A DNA stretch of 63,921 bases, filler included, from Reticulomyxa filosa (lineage: Eukaryota; Protista; Foraminifera): assembly GCA_000512085.1 (NCBI GenBank). It is 21 parts of 21 records of this genome, joined end to end, with 100 filler letters (N's around TTAATTAATTAA, not from the genome) between each part and the next. Parts side by side here need not be neighbours in the genome. Positions count along the whole stretch, not along the records: positions 40,226 to 41,306 come from ASPP01004801.1; positions 41,407 to 43,576 come from ASPP01000362.1; positions 43,677 to 44,678 come from ASPP01045167.1; positions 44,779 to 46,833 come from ASPP01022437.1; positions 46,934 to 52,878 come from ASPP01024042.1; 16 more parts are not named here. One strand, given 5' to 3'. Below the pieces are notes generated by a model. That model saw nothing but the letters and a program-made list of their open reading frames with translations, was not told where the DNA came from and did not search any database. This document shows positions 40,565 through 52,978 of this stretch, piece after piece (positions within the stretch are counted from its first letter, which is position 1; each line of letters starts with the position of its first letter). A program made the position numbers and the translations under genes.

Positions 40565-41260
40565 AAAAGCGTCAAAGTTGGTGACCGTGTTCGTAAAGGT
40601 GCTGTGAAATTGGTCGGTGGACTGACTTTAGTAGCAGCGAGAAACGGGACTCGAACTCGATAATTGGTAGATCGACGATCATGGCGGAAGAAATACTCCA
40701 AGTTAACAACAACAGTAAAAAAATAATCTACTTATCTTGTGTTATCATGTTTGTGCGTGTTTCAATACAGTCACCGAAAACAGTGAATACTCGTGAAAGA
40801 CAATACGAGGAAGACGCTCGGCCAGTGAACAGAAGCAAGACGAAATACCTTTGGACGAGATCAAAAAAACGATTGAAGATACAGAACGAGAACGCGATGA
40901 AGAAGCAGAAGTGAAAAAAAATAAAGACGAAAACGAAGACGATAAAGCCAGACATGGACGCGCAAAAAGCGCGGTGGCGAATTTCTTTGACATGGTTGTC
41001 GAAGACTGGACAATACAACCTCCACAAGCGTCATAACCGAACGTGCAATTCAAGATCGGTTACGTGGAGTTTTTTCGATGGAAAGCAGGAGTGCTGAAAT
41101 GCATTGGAGAAACAGATTTGATGAAAGGAGACTGATTTGGAGTTGAACACATGGAACCCTTACGATACAATGGCACATCGTGAATGTATGTCGTGACCAT
41201 TTCACTCGAGAGTCTGAATTTCTCAAGGAGGGGCGACAAGTATCTCAAGTACATTGGTTA
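40565..41260 (+). pseudogene. Decayed tandem CAP-Gly protein
   Basis: SVKVGDRVRKGAVKLVG/TDF/GLELDNW (frameshifted), an acidic linker, then FKIG..KAGVLKCIGETDLMKGD*FGVE (Trp to TGA). Confidence 0.65.
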
Positions 41261-42419
41261 TCCTCATTTTTGCCAAGAGTGAAGTTATTTGCATTGAATT
41301 AGATTTNNNNNNNNNNNNNNNNNNNNNNNNNNNNNNNNNNNNNNNNNNNNTTAATTAATTAANNNNNNNNNNNNNNNNNNNNNNNNNNNNNNNNNNNNNN
41401 NNNNNNTTGGTATTATTTAATGTTGAAATAAACCAACAACAGCAGTGGGACCTTTTTAGGTCTGCTGTAATTTCAAACAAATAGCAAACAATCCCGTTAA
41501 ATTACACTGCTAAACGCAGACATATGGGTCAGTAGCCACCGCATCTTTTCTTTGTCAATCGATCGTGAACCAAAGTTTATCTTGCCTTTGTGAAGTGGTT
41601 TTGAAAAATAAACATTTAGACCTAATTTTTTTAAAATAAAAAAAATTAGGTCTAAAGGGTTTTTTTTTGGATTCCACAATTCTTTTTTTTATAAAAAAAA
41701 GCTTGCATATATACATATCTGTACATATATGATTATTATAGCAATGCAAGATGTGAATACGATTCAATTACAAGATACAAAAGAAGACTAAAACATCGTA
41801 TTTGTTGTACATTATATAGATTTTGTATATATACATAGATATATCATAATATCATCAAAAAAAAAATTATTTAGATTATTCTGTAAAATAATCAAAATAA
41901 TAATAATAATAGATTCAAGCGCAAATGAACGAAGCCATGCATAGCCAACAAAAATTGGAGGGTATACAAGACTATCCCAAAAGGAATATACTTACGCAAA
42001 AACCCGTTGTGACGAGGTAATGACAAATGTGTTGCAAAAAATGGAAGCGAACGAATTGGTAAGAATCCAAACAGTTGGAGATTGTTTGCGCAAATGGGTT
42101 GTTTCACCAATAACATTTGTATCAATCGTAATTACTTTATTTAGCATGTTACACAACCTATATCATTAATCAATCTAGTTTTGAAATTATATATATACAA
42201 AAAGAGAAACCTCTAGACGAAATGATTTTTTTTAACGGGGAACATTAGGACAATAATTTACAAATATTCATTGAAGAGGTGAGAAGCAAATGTCAATCAG
42301 TCAGCAAGAGTACTGATGCCGCGCAAAGAAACAGCGATGTAACACGAAGCACAGTAATATTGTCGGACAATTGAATGCAAATGAATTAAAATTGGATCTA
42401 AAATAAATCAAGATCCATT

Positions 42420-43130
42420 TATCAAACAATGTTTCGATAAACATTGAATATTACAATCAAATACAGAAGACCAAACACAAAATTTTATTTGTATGATTTG
42501 CGAATAAGTCGCAAATGAACCAGCCGAAATTGTTTGTCATAAGAATAATGATATTGATGAAGTATTAGTTATTTGAGAGAATTGTTTACAAAAATTCCTC
42601 AGTAATAATAAAAATAATTGTCCTATTCAGCAACATTGTGAATGCAAATATATGAAGGGAAAGTTAGGCAAAGCTCAAATTGACCAATTAAAGGTGATAT
42701 GTCCAAGACAGATGCAAACAGATGAACATATTATTTTGTGTGACTTTAAAGGACAAATCAAATCTTTAAATGAACAGTTATATAAAAACTGCACATTTAA
42801 AGAATATTGCTGGTTTAAATTATTTGGATGTAATAATAAATGGGATATAAATAGAGCTTCGAAACATTTAACCGGAAATATTTTAAATTAGTACTAAATA
42901 AATTTATATCAATGAACAATATTATAAATGATATCGCTGCAAAAAGAAGATTGAATGAAGAATTTAATAGAAGAATTGATATTTTATTTTTTATTTTTTT
43001 TTATGTATTTAAAATAAACAAAAAGAGGTAGTTGAAGCATTGAAAAAAGAACTTAAATTAAAAAATATCGAAAAAGATAGTTATAATGAAAAATTATTAT
43101 ATTTTGATGTATTTAGATTTAAAGAATTTA
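42420..43130 (+). pseudogene. Pseudogene paralog of the 11390 RING/TRAF gene
   Basis: CFDKH*ILQSN..FICMICE*VANEP..LVI*ENCLQKFL..NCPIQQH aligns with 11460-11690; stops fall at W, Q and G. Confidence 0.8.
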
Positions 43131-43762
43131 ATATTCATAAATTAATTGTCACAACGATTGATTACTTCCAAATTTTTTTTGCTGTTATTCCATTTATTTC
43201 GGTTTTCGACCATTTAAAAAAACCTAGTAACAAAAAAAATTAATTTTTCACATATCGATTTGGATAATATCCACTTTCTTTTCAATATTTAAATCATTTA
43301 AACAAAATAAAAGTAAAGATTCCATAGCTCTTTTTTGAAAATATTAACACAATGTTTCCAAAAAAAAATAACAAGAGAAAAAAAGTCTGTGATGACCCTT
43401 AACATGGTTTTTTTTAAAATGGTAATACAATATCATATAAACTCAAATTTTTTTTTACATAAAAACACACAAAATTTTAAAAATATTTTCACTAATTTGT
43501 ATAACGACAGTGTTTATTGATTACATCGTGCACTCCACGAAACATAGATACAAGATATTTTCTTTCGAATTTACCANNNNNNNNNNNNNNNNNNNNNNNN
43601 NNNNNNNNNNNNNNNNNNNNTTAATTAATTAANNNNNNNNNNNNNNNNNNNNNNNNNNNNNNNNNNNNNNNNNNNNAAAAAAAAAAAAAAAAGACTTTTT
43701 TTTTTTTTTTTTTTTTTTTGTTCCTTTTTCTTTCCCCCTTTTTATTATAAAAAAAAAAAAAG

Positions 43763-44433
43763 GGAATGCGGTTTGCGTGTATTGTACGTATCCCGTATTT
43801 AGCTTTTTGATTGGCTACCTGTTCAACAATGAACCACTGCGCAAGCGACATATCGTGGCGACGGTGGTGGTGTTGGTGGGCGTGACGCTGGTGGCAGAGC
43901 CGGCGTTTATATTTGGAGACAACGGGGCGGACCAGCCGATGATTGGATATTTGGTGGCGTTGCTCGGAGCGATGCTAATGGCATGCAAAATGGTGACGGT
44001 GCGCAAGTTGAAGCACGAGCGCGAAGTGTTGCTGATTTGCTTATATTCGCAGGCAATCATTGGGTCGATGCTAAGTGGCTTTGTGTTTTCGTATGTATTA
44101 TACCAAAACTTTTTCGAGGATACGAGCAGTCGCATTCGCGGCGAACATCGACGTGTCGCGTGGGCTATTTTGTGGACAGTCGGTGGACTGACTGTTTGGT
44201 ACAACTTTTTTGTCAACTTTGCTTTGCGACGGATCGTCACCGGCGAAGCTGCGCTCATTGGCTCCTCCGAAGTCGGGTATGCGTACTTGCTGCAGTTCAT
44301 CGTGCTCAACAAAACAAATGACGCTTTGGAAAGCACTGGCGTCGCTTTGATGATGGCCACCTTGGTCGCTTTGGCTTGCTTCAATATCTATCTTCAAAGG
44401 GTCAGAAAGAGAAGGCATGATTTCGGCCATTAA
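43763..44433 (+). CDS. DMT/EamA superfamily transporter (SLC35G-like), last exon
   Basis: GNAVCVYCTYPVF..LFNNEPL..GVTLVAEP.FIFG, GYLVALLGA..VTVRKL, EVGYAYLLQFIVL; multiple TMs. Confidence 0.85.
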
Positions 44434-44645
44434 AAAAAAAAAAATAATTATTATTATTGATTTGTAACTTGTGTTGTTTGTAACAGACAGATTTGAGTTT
44501 TTATAACGTCTTCATTTTTTTTTTTTTTTTTTTTCCCCACTATGTAAAAAACCACACTTGTGTGACCTTGCCTTCACTTATTATATATTTTACACATTCT
44601 TATGTCCCCACAGTTTGTTGCTTGCTTCCATCAATGTTTTTTTCC

Positions 44646-44678
<33 letters not shown>

Positions 44679-45559
44679 NNNNNNNNNNNNNNNNNNNNNN
44701 NNNNNNNNNNNNNNNNNNNNNNTTAATTAATTAANNNNNNNNNNNNNNNNNNNNNNNNNNNNNNNNNNNNNNNNNNNNAAACTTAAAAAATTTTTTTTTT
44801 TAATTTTTTGAGATTTGTTCTTGTAACAAAATTAAATTTTAATTTGTGTAAGTAAGTTTTTTGAAAATGGAATAAATTTAATATTTCAATATTTTTTTAA
44901 CAATTTGTTATTGTGAAAAGTTGTTGGTACGAGTTGACACAGATAGATAGCTCTTATCAGCAAAAAACTCAAATACCTCAATGAAACAGATTGTTTAAGT
45001 CAAAAAAACTTGATTATCACATTAAAAACTCAAAAATATTCAATTTCAGAAAATTTTTTCTAAAAATCTAAAGAGATTATAAACATATCAGGTGAACTGG
45101 AGAATTGGAACATCAAATTTATCATTGCAAAAAAATATCACAAAGAAACAGCAATCCACGCAAAAAGACAGACATTTTTTGAATAAAAAATTTGAGCAAG
45201 CGTTAAATATAAAACACCTTGCAATCAAGCAATGCCACCAACTTTGGAGTTACTTGAACTTCACTTCGCTCTTGCTCGCTGGCACTACAACCACTTTGGA
45301 GATCTATGTTATATAATTGTGTATTTATTGATCACATACACATTTCAAGTATTTTCCAAAAACATTACAACTCGGAATATAGGTTGCGTATAATCAACTC
45401 ACCACCAAATTGTTCACTTTTCTTTCAATCAATCATGCACCACACTACATTTTATATGGACCTTTTTTTTAATAAAAAAAAATTCTATGCCATGATCCAC
45501 ATTCGATACACGCCGTCATTAAAATCGATTTTTATCAATGATAAACAAAATGAATTTCA

Positions 45560-46560
45560 TTGGAGAAATAATAGGTGCATATGTTGTAATGTGGCTCCAT
45601 AATTTGATATATTAGATTTCCATCAGCAGCAATTCGATTACGATGTTGCCCCACTTCTTTTACTTTCATATAATACAACAACAATCGATACTGCTGATAA
45701 TGTTGCCGTTACTGTTGCTTCCATTATTGCTGTTGTTGCTGGGGATCACTGCAGCACCAATGACAATGTAAGTAGCAACAGCGTGTCCATATGTATCCCA
45801 AAACTTCATGTTGTGTACCTCCATCTTCATTTGTACACTTTGAAATACCTATTCAAAAATTTCAAGTAACACATAAATATATAATAAATATACGCATAAT
45901 AGTTATGTACAAAAATATATATATGTATATGTACATATAAAAACTTTTTCAAGCAATGGACCCAAATACAATTTATAATGTCCGGTATAACATGAAAGGG
46001 CCGGCGCGCATAAATGACCAACCATAACAGCAAGTCCATTCAATCGTCCAAAATAACGGGATATTTGATGGAGCATTGCCATTGAATTCTAAAGGACTCG
46101 GAAGAAGTTGGTAACATTGAAAGGCTCGTCCACTATAGAGCTATCAGCGACAATTCATTGGCTTGTTTCGCCAAATAACGGAGCGACTTTTGAATCGTCG
46201 ATCCGATTATCGACAGTCACGACATTGTTGCTTTTTGTAACAGATGACGCAGCAACATTAGCCCTTCCGCTCAAACCGAGCCAAAGTCTATTGAATACAG
46301 AAATGGCATGCAAATATTGGCATAAACACAACACCAGTCCAATATCTTGCAACAATTGACAATGAAGAGCATGAGCTGAATTTCGTCATTGTTACCATTT
46401 TCATTTTCACACTTTTCCATCAGCGCTTTCTTTCGGCGCTGTTGGAATTGGATGACGCACCACCACCACTGTTTCCAATGTTCCCACTGTTTGAGCCCAT
46501 GGAAGAGGTCTACGTCTTGCCTGTGTCTGTCGTCGTGGTTGTTGTTGTCTCTGTTATTGA
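45560..46560 (+). pseudogene. Decayed member of the same family as 32830-34172
   Basis: 46031-46069 matches the reverse complement of 32935-32973 at 34/39 nt (QV.S..QNNG.FD); multiple stops. Confidence 0.55.
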
Positions 46561-47069
46561 AACGTGATAGCGAACGTCCAACAGCATTGCCAACAAAAAT
46601 TCACTTACCGTCACTATATTGCATACAAAATCAGCGAAATCAGGCCGTTACTCAAGATATCAGGTACATATATGCCACAAACAGCTCACACAATGCTATT
46701 ACCGCTACCAACCACAGTTTTCGCTATATTGTTCGCATCTGTCTCTATATACGCATATACACACGTATCCATTATTGTTTTTTTTTTTAAATAAAAAAAG
46801 ATCTTGCATTGTGAGTAGGTATGAACACACGTGNNNNNNNNNNNNNNNNNNNNNNNNNNNNNNNNNNNNNNNNNNNNTTAATTAATTAANNNNNNNNNNN
46901 NNNNNNNNNNNNNNNNNNNNNNNNNNNNNNNNNTTTTTTTTTTTTTCCTTTTTTTTTTTTTTTTTTTTTTTTTGTTTGTTTTTTTTTCTTGTATGTTTGC
47001 TTGTTTTGTGTTTGTGTGCAGTAGAAAGCGTCTTAATATCAAATTAACAACACCCAACAAACTCGACAG

Positions 47070-49184
47070 TTTCAACAATTTTGCATGGAACAACAAAGCA
47101 ACCCTAAGTGCAAAGGCTTAACACTCGCGAGTTTTTTGATTTTGCCAATCCAACGTGTTCCTCGTTATGAATTATGCTTCCGAGTTTTGTTTTGCTTTGG
47201 CTTTATTTTGCTTTGGTTTGATTGGAACATACAAATGGTAGTTCCTTCAAAATTAAAAATTCAAAAGCTTATGTCAACATTGCATCTCAAAAACAAAACA
47301 AAAAAAGGAGTTGCTAAAGTTAACCAAGGAAGACCATCCCGATTATGAGAATATCCAGAAAACATTGGAACTTATGGGCAAAGTGAATGAAGCAATGAAC
47401 GAAGGCATTCGAGACTTTACGATGAGACAGCAAGTGAGAAGAATTGAACAAAGGACTGGAAGTTTGTATTTGTTAATTTATTCGTTTTTATTTGTTTTGA
47501 ATATAAGGAGAGAAATGGGGAGATGCGGAGGGATAGACAAACATATAAATAAACGAAAACAAAAACAAAAAGATGGCATAATTCTCGTCTCACCATCACG
47601 ACAATATTTAAAAGAGGGTTTGTTAGTGAAGGTTTGTCGCAAGAAAGATCAGCGCTATTTATTTATACTATTTACCGATTTGCTCTTATACTGCAGTGAG
47701 AATCGCACTGGCAAGTTGTCATTACATCAGCAATTGCCGATTGATCGATATTTTACCCTGACGGATGTCAAAAACAATCGCAAATATGGAGATGTGTGCT
47801 TTGAAATACATTCCACCGTCAAGTCTTTTTTGGTTTATGCTGATGACGTTGAAACCAAAAAAGAGTGGGTTGACCTGCTTCAACAATGCGTTTAGCATAA
47901 TCCTAACATAACATCATATACATATATATATACAGTCATATAAATGCATGTGTGCCAAAAAAAAAAAAAAAAGATTGAAAAAACGCAAAAACGATTGGAG
48001 GCTAATCCAGAGCCAGAAAACTCGTTGAAAGCGCCTGCACCAATATGGTTTCCCGATGACTTTTGAGCAATTGTATGAATCCTCAGTGTAACAAGATATT
48101 CACTTGGAGAAGACGAAGACACCATTGCAGATATTGGTATGTCATATTTTTTTTTTGTTATCTCTAAAAAAAATTTAAAAAATATCCCCTTGTTTCTGTT
48201 TCAAAAAAGTGGACGGTTGGCCTGTGGTGAATGCACATCCCGTCGACTGCCGAATCGTAACCAAGACGATGAACTCGTTCGAGTTTGTGACGTGTGCTTT
48301 ATAACCTACCAGCATTTGTACCCAGACTTGGAGGAACGGCTGAGACGTGGAAGCTTCTTGCCGCTAACAGGTCGGACTCCACGGGGAAGCTTTGAGACAT
48401 CAAACTCCCGGAACAGCGGTGAATTCACAGAAATTGCACCGAAGCTGAGCATGACTAGCGTGGCCAATAATATCTATGCGCATGAAGAAGATTCGCTCAC
48501 ATTATCGCGTCAACACAGTAGTGACAGAGAACATGTTTGGGTGCCTCCCAAAATTTTAAGTCGAGGTGATGTCTCTTTTCGTGCTTCGAGTGAACCACCA
48601 GGACCTACTCAATTGCTCTCGCCTACGCTCGCTATCGCTCAACGTTACTTATATATATGTATATGTCAATAGTTTTAAATTCATATCAAAACAAATGTTC
48701 TCTTTCTCTGCTTTGCTCACTCCAAATTGGCTGGCTTTGCTATCACTTCTTTTTGTTTAAAGCCTTGTCTCGAAAGCGATCTGTTTCAAATACGAGCTCG
48801 AATGGGAGTAACGATGAAATAACAACAATGGTAAGTCCTGGCTCCGTTTCCGAATTATCCGAAAGCGATGTCAACCAACTCCTTGCATCTATGGAACGCC
48901 AATACAAATCTGTTCTTGATGTTATGCAGTCCAAACTAGATACAGTTCAATCCAAAAATAAAAACCTGGGTCAACAGATCAAAGACTTGAACGAGGAAAA
49001 TCAACGACTGCGTAATGCTAAAGTCGAGCTGCTCACGCAGTCCAATGCCGAAATCGCCTCGTTAAAACAGAAATTGAAAAACGCAGGATATTATAACACA
49101 AACAATGCCACGACCAATGGCAAAAGTGAACAAAACAGAAGCAAACGGAGGCTGAGTGTGGAAGAAGGAAAACGAGAAGGGTGA
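47070..49184 (+). CDS. DH(RhoGEF)-PH-FYVE-coiled-coil protein (FGD-like, 5' truncated); introns 47184-47307, 47462-47572, 47890-47973, 48137-48209, 48644-48762
   Basis: DH: LASFLILPIQRVPRYEL, HPDY. PH: YLKEGLLVK..FILFTDLLLY..EWVDLL. FYVE: PIWFPD..C...C..F..RRRHHCRYCG..C..C..VRVCDVC. A single-base frameshift lies at ~48061-48064. Confidence 0.9.
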
Positions 49185-52100
49185 AACATCGCATTGCATT
49201 CAAGAGATTTGGCTGGTTGTTCATTAACCACTAGTTTGTATGTGGATTTTTTGTTTTTTGCTTTGTTTCTTTCTTTGTGTTGTTTGTTTGGTTGATTTTT
49301 TTTTTTGTATAATCTGCCTGTCTGCGCGATTACATTATGGCCTGTTTTGTTTTTAGCATCCTTTTCAAATCTTTTCTGTTCTCTTCGAGAGAACATTTGA
49401 TATTACTTATTTGTTGTGTTAGTTGACCTTTTCAAAGTGACACTTGAAAAAATTAGTGTGTTTATTTTTATTTTTTTTCTTTATTTCAGTCACAATATTC
49501 TCGCTAAGCGTCATGACAATGATTTATGCTGCAGACAATTTAAATAAACATTCTTCTGTTTCATTTATACCAATAACTAAATGAGTAAAATTGAAAAGAT
49601 TTCACTCATATAAATTTTCATTTTTAGGATAAAAAAATATCTATAATAAAAACTTTTTAAAGATGTGGTATGCAAATTGCTCTAATACTGCAGATCAATT
49701 TTGCTAACATTATCCAAACAAGGACTAATGCACATAAAAAGAGTAAGAAAAAAGTACATTACAACTAAACTTTTTGGAAAACTCAATTTTTTGTTATAAA
49801 AAATTTTTTTTTGCAGAATTAAATGTTATTTTTAAAGTTTATGCTTTGTGAAGGCATTATAGTTTTTACTACTCTTTGCTTTGTCTACACGTATCATTTG
49901 TTTTTTTGCCTTTTTTTTGTATAATGCCAAACAAGTCAAGTTAGTTCAAAAGCATAATAGCTGAAATTTTTTTTTATAGTAATATTTTTTAGTGAAAATG
50001 ACAATTTAGTTAAATAACCTTTTGCATTGTATAATGTTCATATTCGCTCTGGTATTGATTTTATTAAGTTTTTGCATGTTTTTTTATCAATTTTTTCACA
50101 AGCAACTTTATCTCATCTTCGATCAGTTTCGTGTAGAATCAACGGCCGAACATTCACGTATTGTTATGAGAAAGTAATTGATTTTGCAAGACACCAAGAG
50201 TTTTTTATTATAATTTTTCTCTTTTGGGCTTTTTGCAACAGAGTATAAACTCGAAACAGATTTTGATGATATGGCAAAGGATAAGTCGTCGTTGGTATGA
50301 CAAAGCATTTTTGCAAATCGCATCAAATTTTCAAACATAGACATTGGAACACAAATGCAAAAATTGATAAAATATTCACAAAATGTACATCAAAAAGATT
50401 TAGCTGACGATAAAATCAGAATTCAATAAATTGGCGCAAAAAAAAATAATTTGTTATTACAAGTGCTTTCCTTTGATTTAATATTTGATATTGTTCTGAA
50501 ATGTCCTTGCTTTTGTTCATGTGGATCAATTGATAGTGTTGATATTATAAGTATAGCAAAATCAATTGCAAAGATAACTATTTTGTTTCTTTTGAGCATA
50601 AAAGCAAATTGTTGTAAATAATCTTTTTCACAAACTTTTTTGAAGTGACTATTATAATTTTTTTCATTAATGTACATTCTGTGGGACGTCAACGTTCAGA
50701 TATTTATAGGGCCTTGCCCTACAATTCGTTGATATTCTTTGTCTTAAATGATTTTTGCAAATTTTTTAAACCACATGCTGTGATTAACATTTCAAGCATT
50801 ATTGTCTTTCGTTCGTATTCGTTCACACGATCTTTTGTTTTTGATTTCACTTGCTTACGTAGCTCTTTTTTCCACTCTTGGCACAAATTATACTTACTGA
50901 TTTTTTAAATCGTTTTCATGTTTCTTTGTCAAATCATTTTTTTAGTTTGTACAATACTAAACTGTACATCGAATAAAGTATTTAGTCAGTGGTCCAGCTT
51001 TTTAAGACTATTCAGCGTGTAAAAAGGTTTCCAAATACTACACATTTTGTTGCGCTTTCTTCTTTATTCAAATCACTATTTGCCTAAGTCTTTGCAAGCA
51101 TTGTTTCAATAGACAAAAAACTTGAAAAAAATAATTTTTTTTCGACATCCTTTTGCAAACTTGTTTGTCTGATCGTTTTCTATCTTCGCCAAAATATATG
51201 CAAAAAACATTTTTTTGGATAGTTTTTATAATGCATACTTACAAAATTTTACTGTTTTTTGGTGCATAGACTAAAAATGTACAACTTTTTTTTTGAAACC
51301 CGAAAAGTGTTTCGGTCGAAGACGTATGCATCGTGGTAACACTTTTTTTGGGACTTAATTAAGATGTTGTAGGCGTAAATCTAGTCATAAGTAATTTTGG
51401 AAAATTATCAAAAAATTTTATTTTTTTTATGCACCGGATCAGATTTGACAAATACGTCGTAAAAAAAATTTGTTCATCTTTGGACGCCTGCATCAACTTA
51501 GAAAACGGAATTGAAACATTTTTTTGATTGCTTAGAAGAAATTTTTGTGCATTAGCCACATTCTGACATAGAAATGTTCAAACAGTTTTTTCTCGTTGGC
51601 CAAAAAAAGTTAGTTTTGTGGTAAAAATTTACGAATTTTTTCAAAGCAAAAATGTTTTTTTAATAACATCTTTGACATCACCAGTCGTGTCAGGCTTTCA
51701 AAAAAGCCATAGCGAGCTCAAAAGGCCACCAAATAAATTAAATTTGTTTCCCTCTTGCGGCAATGCTCCATACGCAAGAAAGACACAAACAACAATGGGA
51801 AAAATCCTCCAAATACGCACACTCAAAATAATTTTTAAAAACTACAATAACTTTTTTTCACTCCCATTTAATTCTTTTTCCTCCCCAAAAAAGATATTTC
51901 AAATATTATTATAAACAATTGTAAATTTCCCATTTTTAAAAATAAAGTTATTTCTTCAAACAAAGATCAACTTTTTTATTTGTCATTATTGTTATAACTT
52001 TTTTCAAATGTTTATAAAGTAAGTATATATGTTCTAAAAATTTTTACTCTCTGAGGAAAAAGAGGTTTTAGGAAAAATAGATTAAATGATATTTTAAACA

Positions 52101-52978
52101 CTTTGAAAGTATTGTAGTGATACATGAGTCATAACTGACTCCAGAGTTATAATAACTCAACTCATCAAACATTCATTCTCTTTATTCTCAATTTTCTTAT
52201 ACGTTTAATTTAGCTTAGCTCTCTTTCTTGCATCTCTCTACAGTATTATACATTATTATAGATTTATGTTCTTTCATGGCAAGGTCTAGCTATTCAACGC
52301 CAAAGTTTATTTTAATCTTGAAACCTCTTTTTCATTTTCTGATTTAATTGACTTGTTTTAGCACTATTTTTGTCCTACACTTTAAGCAAGTCAAAGTGAA
52401 GTTGGCATTCCATTCCATTAATACATCATTTTTTTATCGACTTTTTTATTTACATTTTCATTCCAAATGTCTATAAAGTAAGTAATATTTCAAAAAATTG
52501 ATTAAATGTTTAATTAAACAATCAGTGTCAAGGAATCTTGAAGCCTTCCATGAATTAAGCAATTACAACAACATTTTTTCTTTTTTAAGATTTTATTTTT
52601 ATGTATGAAAGGAACTTTGTTCAAAAAATTAAAATTTCAGTAAAACGAAATAATGAGATAATTATCTAACGCATACTTTTCACTTTCTGCAAAATATATT
52701 ATGATGCACAATTATGATTAAATTCAAAAGACAATAAAATAATTTGACTACTAATCGGGCTCGAAGTTGTTTTCATTGATTCATTTAAAAGTCATTTTTA
52801 GATTGAAAAATAAATTATATTTAAATGAAAAAAATAATTTGAAAAATAAAAAAAATCATTGAATATATCATAAATAACNNNNNNNNNNNNNNNNNNNNNN
52901 NNNNNNNNNNNNNNNNNNNNNNTTAATTAATTAANNNNNNNNNNNNNNNNNNNNNNNNNNNNNNNNNNNNNNNNNNNN

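Noticed and set aside
42420-42600. Alternative genetic code (TAA=Gln, TGA=Trp)
   Set aside because: Stops replace W, Q and G inconsistently, and intact genes (STT3, ILVBL, REXO-like) have no internal stops and end at TAA or TGA.
48064-48066. In-frame TGA in the FYVE domain as selenocysteine or readthrough
   Set aside because: The FYVE motif continues in a different frame; a missing T in a T-run explains it.
50250-51900. Possible decayed transposon or gene
   Set aside because: Codon-like fragments, but no recognisable motif, TIR or LTR; cannot be supported.
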